64,000 nt of DNA, from contig JAVJNR010000008.1 of the NCBI GenBank assembly GCA_040217195.1, positions 32,001-96,000 on the forward strand. The letters are read 5' to 3'. A program made the position numbers and the translations under genes. This DNA is from Leptospiraceae bacterium (GTDB lineage Bacteria > Spirochaetota > Leptospiria > Leptospirales > Leptonemataceae). Position 1 is the stretch's first letter, and each line of letters starts with the position of its first letter. The notes beneath the pieces were generated by a model. The model was not told where the DNA came from. It was given only the letters and a program-made list of their open reading frames with translations, and did not search any database. Shown in pieces: positions 60,351-64,000 of this stretch.

Positions 60351-60373
60351 TCGTTCTATTCGTCCCCGTTCTC

Positions 60374-61210
60374 ATGCTATCTAACAGAAGAATACCTTTC
60401 CTGGCTCTATTGCCTTTGAGAGGGATGACCTTTCTTTTGCTTCTGACATTTCTGTTACCAGGATGTCATCGATTGAAGCTACCACCCAGGCCAGACAATG
60501 TCCCTGAATCGGCGGAATTTGACCGCCGTCGAGGGACCTGGAATGTATTGGAGGGACAGCAATTCCGACAATATTACCGAGACGGTGCCCTCAGTACAGA
60601 AGGGCAGATGACGGAAGGGCAGCGATTCGGACGCTGGAACTGGTATGCGCCGGATGGAAAGACACTGACCACCACCGGAATCTATCTGGATGGCCGACGG
60701 GATGGACTGTGGAAACATTTCGATGATAGCGGACGTCTGTATCTAACTATATTGTATGCTCCGGAGCCAGTTGACCCGGTAATTGGAGCCATCAGTATAG
60801 ACTACGGCAATGAAAACGGTCCGTACCGACGATTCTATCCGGATGGAACGCTGGAAGAGGAAGGGGCGCACAGGGCTGGCAAGAAGGATGGAGTAATGAA
60901 ACGATACCATCCGTCCGGGCAGTTGATGGTTCGTGGGAAATACGAAGACGGGGAAAAGACCGGGAAATGGGAATATTTCCACTTTACAGGCACCCTGGTT
61001 CGCACTGAAAACTATATCGATGGAGAGCTGGAAGGAAAAGTAATCAACTATCATGCGAATGGTATTCCCTACAGTGAAACGCTCTACGAAAAAGGAGAAC
61101 CCATCGGCGCGCCCAAAATCCAGAATCATCTGGAAGAAGCCTACAAAGAAAAAGCCTTCAGCCTTTCGCCTTCCCAGGATCCAATTTCCCAGCCTGGTAA
61201 TCGTTTATAA
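60374..61210 (+). CDS. MORN-variant repeat (YwqK-like) probable lipoprotein
   Basis: Repeated G.W..Y..[DN]G....EG.Y..G units; LLPGC lipobox. Start may be ATG 60425. Confidence 0.85.
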   Translation: MLSNRRIPFLALLPLRGMTFLLLLTFLLPGCHRLKLPPRPDNVPESAEFDRRRGTWNVLEGQQFRQYYRDGALSTEGQMTEGQRFGRWNWYAPDGKTLTTTGIYLDGRRDGLWKHFDDSGRLYLTILYAPEPVDPVIGAISIDYGNENGPYRRFYPDGTLEEEGAHRAGKKDGVMKRYHPSGQLMVRGKYEDGEKTGKWEYFHFTGTLVRTENYIDGELEGKVINYHANGIPYSETLYEKGEPIGAPKIQNHLEEAYKEKAFSLSPSQDPISQPGNRL

Positions 61211-61406
61211 TAACCGAATCGTCGAAATCAAAAGCCCTTATCAGGTAATTCGACTCATCTTTCATGGACTGTTCCAGGGCCTTCAATTCCTCATCCGCCA
61301 TGTTTTTCGCTTAGTGCATTCCCTGTTCGGCCGGGATAAGGCCAGGTCTGGTCATTCCGGCAGTTCGCTCTGGTCTCGCAATTCTTCAGGCAGTCAATCT
61401 AGACAA

Positions 61407-62405
61407 ATGTTGCCCGGTGTTTTTAATGCCAGTCGTAATGCCTATAGCTCCGGCCCAAAAAGCAGGACCAGAGAAAAAACAGATGGTGGTGCTCAGCGAC
61501 AGAACAATGGCGCTTCAGTAGTGTCCGGGTACATTCCTTCGAAGGCATCCAATGAAACCTCATCAGATACGATTCAAAGAGATCCGTTTAAATCTGCTGG
61601 CTTACATTTGCCGGTTGTAATAGGGTCTGCGATTTGTATATTACTGATTTTTCTGACCTGGACGTTTCTGGAAGGGTCCGCTTCATTATTGAGCCCGGAA
61701 ACCTCCCTGGAGCTCGCAAAATCTGAGATGGAGACAAGAAGGGTCTTGCTGCAAGAGCTTCACTCTCAGCAGAATGAATTGCATGAGATTCTAAAGGCTC
61801 GCCCGGCTCCTGGAATTATTAAGTCCATCTTTCAATCCGGAGATTACCGAAGCCAGACCGATGAGAATCTAATTTCCAGCGTTGAAGTTTCTGGAACCAA
61901 TGATGCGGCGTCTGATACCGGCCTGGATTTGAGAACGGTCTATTTACTGGAAGCACATCTTTCAGCCAATCAACGTTATCTGTCGGATGGAATTGGTGTA
62001 CTACAGGCCATTCCGCACAGATGGCCTGTAGTAGGTAGAATTCGTCTGATAAACAGCCATTTTGGAAATCGAAAGAGTCCCTTCGGTAAGAAGTTACAGT
62101 ACCATGGCGGAACGGATCTAAAAGCCAGGTCCGGAGATTCCATTGTAGCTACTGCAGAAGGCTATGTCTATCGAGTGGGGAAACATGGAGGATTCGGCAA
62201 CATGGTTCATATTATCCATCCTTCCGGATTCGAAACCATCTATGCTCATCTAAGTCGAATCGATGTGAAGAAGGGACAGGAAGTGCGAGCTGGCGACGTT
62301 CTGGGAAAAGCCGGTGACACAGGTATTACAACCGGGCCCCATTTACATTATGAGGTTCGCCTGGACGGAAAAAGGCAAAATCCTATCCGGTATATGATTC
62401 CTTGA
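61407..62405 (+). CDS. M23-family metallopeptidase
   Basis: TM + coiled coil, then FG.R.SPF, HGGTD, YAHL, TGPHLHYEV, NP. Start uncertain (frame open from 61053). Confidence 0.88.
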   Translation: MLPGVFNASRNAYSSGPKSRTREKTDGGAQRQNNGASVVSGYIPSKASNETSSDTIQRDPFKSAGLHLPVVIGSAICILLIFLTWTFLEGSASLLSPETSLELAKSEMETRRVLLQELHSQQNELHEILKARPAPGIIKSIFQSGDYRSQTDENLISSVEVSGTNDAASDTGLDLRTVYLLEAHLSANQRYLSDGIGVLQAIPHRWPVVGRIRLINSHFGNRKSPFGKKLQYHGGTDLKARSGDSIVATAEGYVYRVGKHGGFGNMVHIIHPSGFETIYAHLSRIDVKKGQEVRAGDVLGKAGDTGITTGPHLHYEVRLDGKRQNPIRYMIP

Positions 62406-62577
62406 TTGCCTATGGAGTTGGAGCTGATAGCTATAACCTGACTCTGAAGAGTCTGTTTAGCACGCTAGGAACATCCATTGCCGATTGCATCGGACTGCAT
62501 CACAGGTAGTACCGGTGATGGCAACCAGGTTGGTCGATTCGTCTGGCGAAAGGTTTCTATCAAGCAGGAATGGTTTA

Positions 62578-63627
62578 TTATACGACCTTTAGTATTTCCT
62601 CTTCTACCATGGCCGGTGTCAGCTCTCGCATGCAACGAAAATGCCCTTCAGGACAAATATGGGAACCATGGGTACCACAGGGCCTGCAATACAATCCCTG
62701 TAACTCCGCGACAGTTGTTCTGGGTGCAATGGGTGCATAACCCAGGGAGGGAACCGTGGGGCCGAAGATAGCTATTACAGGTATACCAGCCGCACATCCA
62801 AAATGCACGGGCGCTGAGTCATTGCTTACCAGAAACTGGGATCGCTTCATGAGGCTGAACAATCCGGGAAGACTGGTTTTGCCACATACATTATGAATTC
62901 GGCGCAGCCCATCGTTTCCCACAAATTCTTTGGCCACTTTAATTATCTGCTCTGCTACCTCAGAATCTGCCGGAGATCCTATGAGAAGTACATCGGATTT
63001 ATATTTTTTGATCAGGTCCCTGGCCAGTTCTGCGAACCCATGAGCGGTCCATCGCTTGGTGGCCCATACAGAGGAACAACCCAGCAGGATGGGCTTTCGA
63101 ATATTCAGTTCGGTTAATAATTCCTGGGCCTCCGTTCTTCCATTTTCCGTTTCTTCCAGGTGAGGAATATCATCTTCCAGGTTAACGTCCGGGCAAATAC
63201 TATCACTTAGAAAGCGGAGCAGGCGGTGTATCTCTGGTAAATCCATGGGACGCCTGAGTCGATGATGATAGGCTCTGGAGAATCCAGCCGATCGGTAGCC
63301 AAAACGTACAGGGATTCCACTGAGCCAGGCGATGAGGGACGTTCTATGGGATTGATGGGGCGATAGAAGGATCCTGAAGTTGCGTTTTCGGATATCGCTT
63401 ATTAGCTTGAGCATTCCCAGGCCACGATGAGACTTCTTCTTATCGATCACCAGAACTTCATCTATTTCTTCCAGGGCTTCCACAAAGGCACGAGCCTCCG
63501 GTTTTACCATGACAGCAATATGGGCTCCTGGTTTGCATCGCCTCAGGGCCCGAATCATGGGCGTGGTGAGCACAACATCGCCTATAAAAGCGGTTTGAAT
63601 CAATAATATGTTCTGATTTTCTGACAC
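62578..63627 (-). CDS. waaF: LPS heptosyltransferase II (GT9)
   Basis: QTAFIGDVVLTTP, KRW, G.TSL, NDSAPVH.G.A, FGPT, C.PC..HG..C..H..CM. Confidence 0.88.
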   Translation of the reverse strand: MSENQNILLIQTAFIGDVVLTTPMIRALRRCKPGAHIAVMVKPEARAFVEALEEIDEVLVIDKKKSHRGLGMLKLISDIRKRNFRILLSPHQSHRTSLIAWLSGIPVRFGYRSAGFSRAYHHRLRRPMDLPEIHRLLRFLSDSICPDVNLEDDIPHLEETENGRTEAQELLTELNIRKPILLGCSSVWATKRWTAHGFAELARDLIKKYKSDVLLIGSPADSEVAEQIIKVAKEFVGNDGLRRIHNVCGKTSLPGLFSLMKRSQFLVSNDSAPVHFGCAAGIPVIAIFGPTVPSLGYAPIAPRTTVAELQGLYCRPCGTHGSHICPEGHFRCMRELTPAMVEEEILKVV

Positions 63628-63630
63628 AGG

Positions 63631-64000
63631 ATGCTACTCCGGTTGGCCTACAGATTGAAGCCGAATATCCTGGATGTTTACATCTTCAAGGAGATTCTAC
63701 AGCCCTTTTTTACGTGGCTGTTTTTCTGGACCACCCTCTTTATGTCCATAGTCATAAAGGACGTTCTGGGGGATCTGGTAGGAAAGGGCATTGATTTGAC
63801 CCGGGTGGCCAGCTATCTGTACTATTTGCTGGCGGAAAAAATCACTCAGACTGTTCCCATTGCCTGTCTGCTTTCTGGAATTCTAGCAGCCGGACGTCTG
63901 TCCGGAGATTCAGAAATTACGGCCATGCGAGCCAGCGGAATCAGCTTTCCCCGGATTTACACAGTCTTCCTTTTCTTTGGCTTTTTGACCATGCTCTTTA
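63631..64000 (+). CDS. LptF/LptG-family LPS export permease; 3' partial, not in the ORF track
   Basis: Manual translation MLLRLAYRLKPNILDVYIFKEILQPF...PIACLLSGILAAGRLSGDSEITAMRASGISF. Confidence 0.9.
   Translation, partial: MLLRLAYRLKPNILDVYIFKEILQPFFTWLFFWTTLFMSIVIKDVLGDLVGKGIDLTRVASYLYYLLAEKITQTVPIACLLSGILAAGRLSGDSEITAMRASGISFPRIYTVFLFFGFLTMLF

Noticed and set aside
60374..61210. Toxin-antitoxin (YwqK antitoxin) system
   Set aside because: MORN-variant repeats are generic and no adjacent toxin is visible.

Overview
This is a gene-dense bacterial chromosomal segment of roughly 50% GC (estimated by eye). It is most consistent with a Leptospiraceae-type spirochaete: there is a DUF1554/Len-like lipoprotein, a PP2C phosphatase with the QQDGDYFLTSLL motif recalled from leptospiral SpoIIE proteins, and LPS genes. 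That assignment is an inference. Housekeeping genes are ribA/ribBA (partial), clpS, guaA, speE, mdh, thrB, pepN, gatB, waaF and lptF/G (partial), plus five tRNAs (Leu-TAA, Cys-GCA, Lys-TTT, Glu-TTC, Asp-GTC). These are mixed with many signalling and lipid-related accessory genes. No transposase, integrase, prophage, rRNA or CRISPR array is visible. The best candidates for something undescribed are: (1) a tightly coupled minus-strand operon of three tiny unknown proteins (one 44-aa ORF is absent from the ORF track), a tandem-V4R protein and a GAF-PP2C-TPR phosphatase; (2) a ~320-bp-period repeat downstream of tRNA-Asp that re-copies the tRNA 3' end and a 110-bp hairpin-rich unit around variable spacers; (3) an sqr-tusE-dsrE2 sulfur operon with a CsoR/CstR-like operator inside its promoter; (4) a hypothetical protein with a hidden kinase-like motif set; (5) a ParA coupled to a disordered membrane protein instead of ParB. 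All family calls come from motif recognition by eye; no database searches were run.
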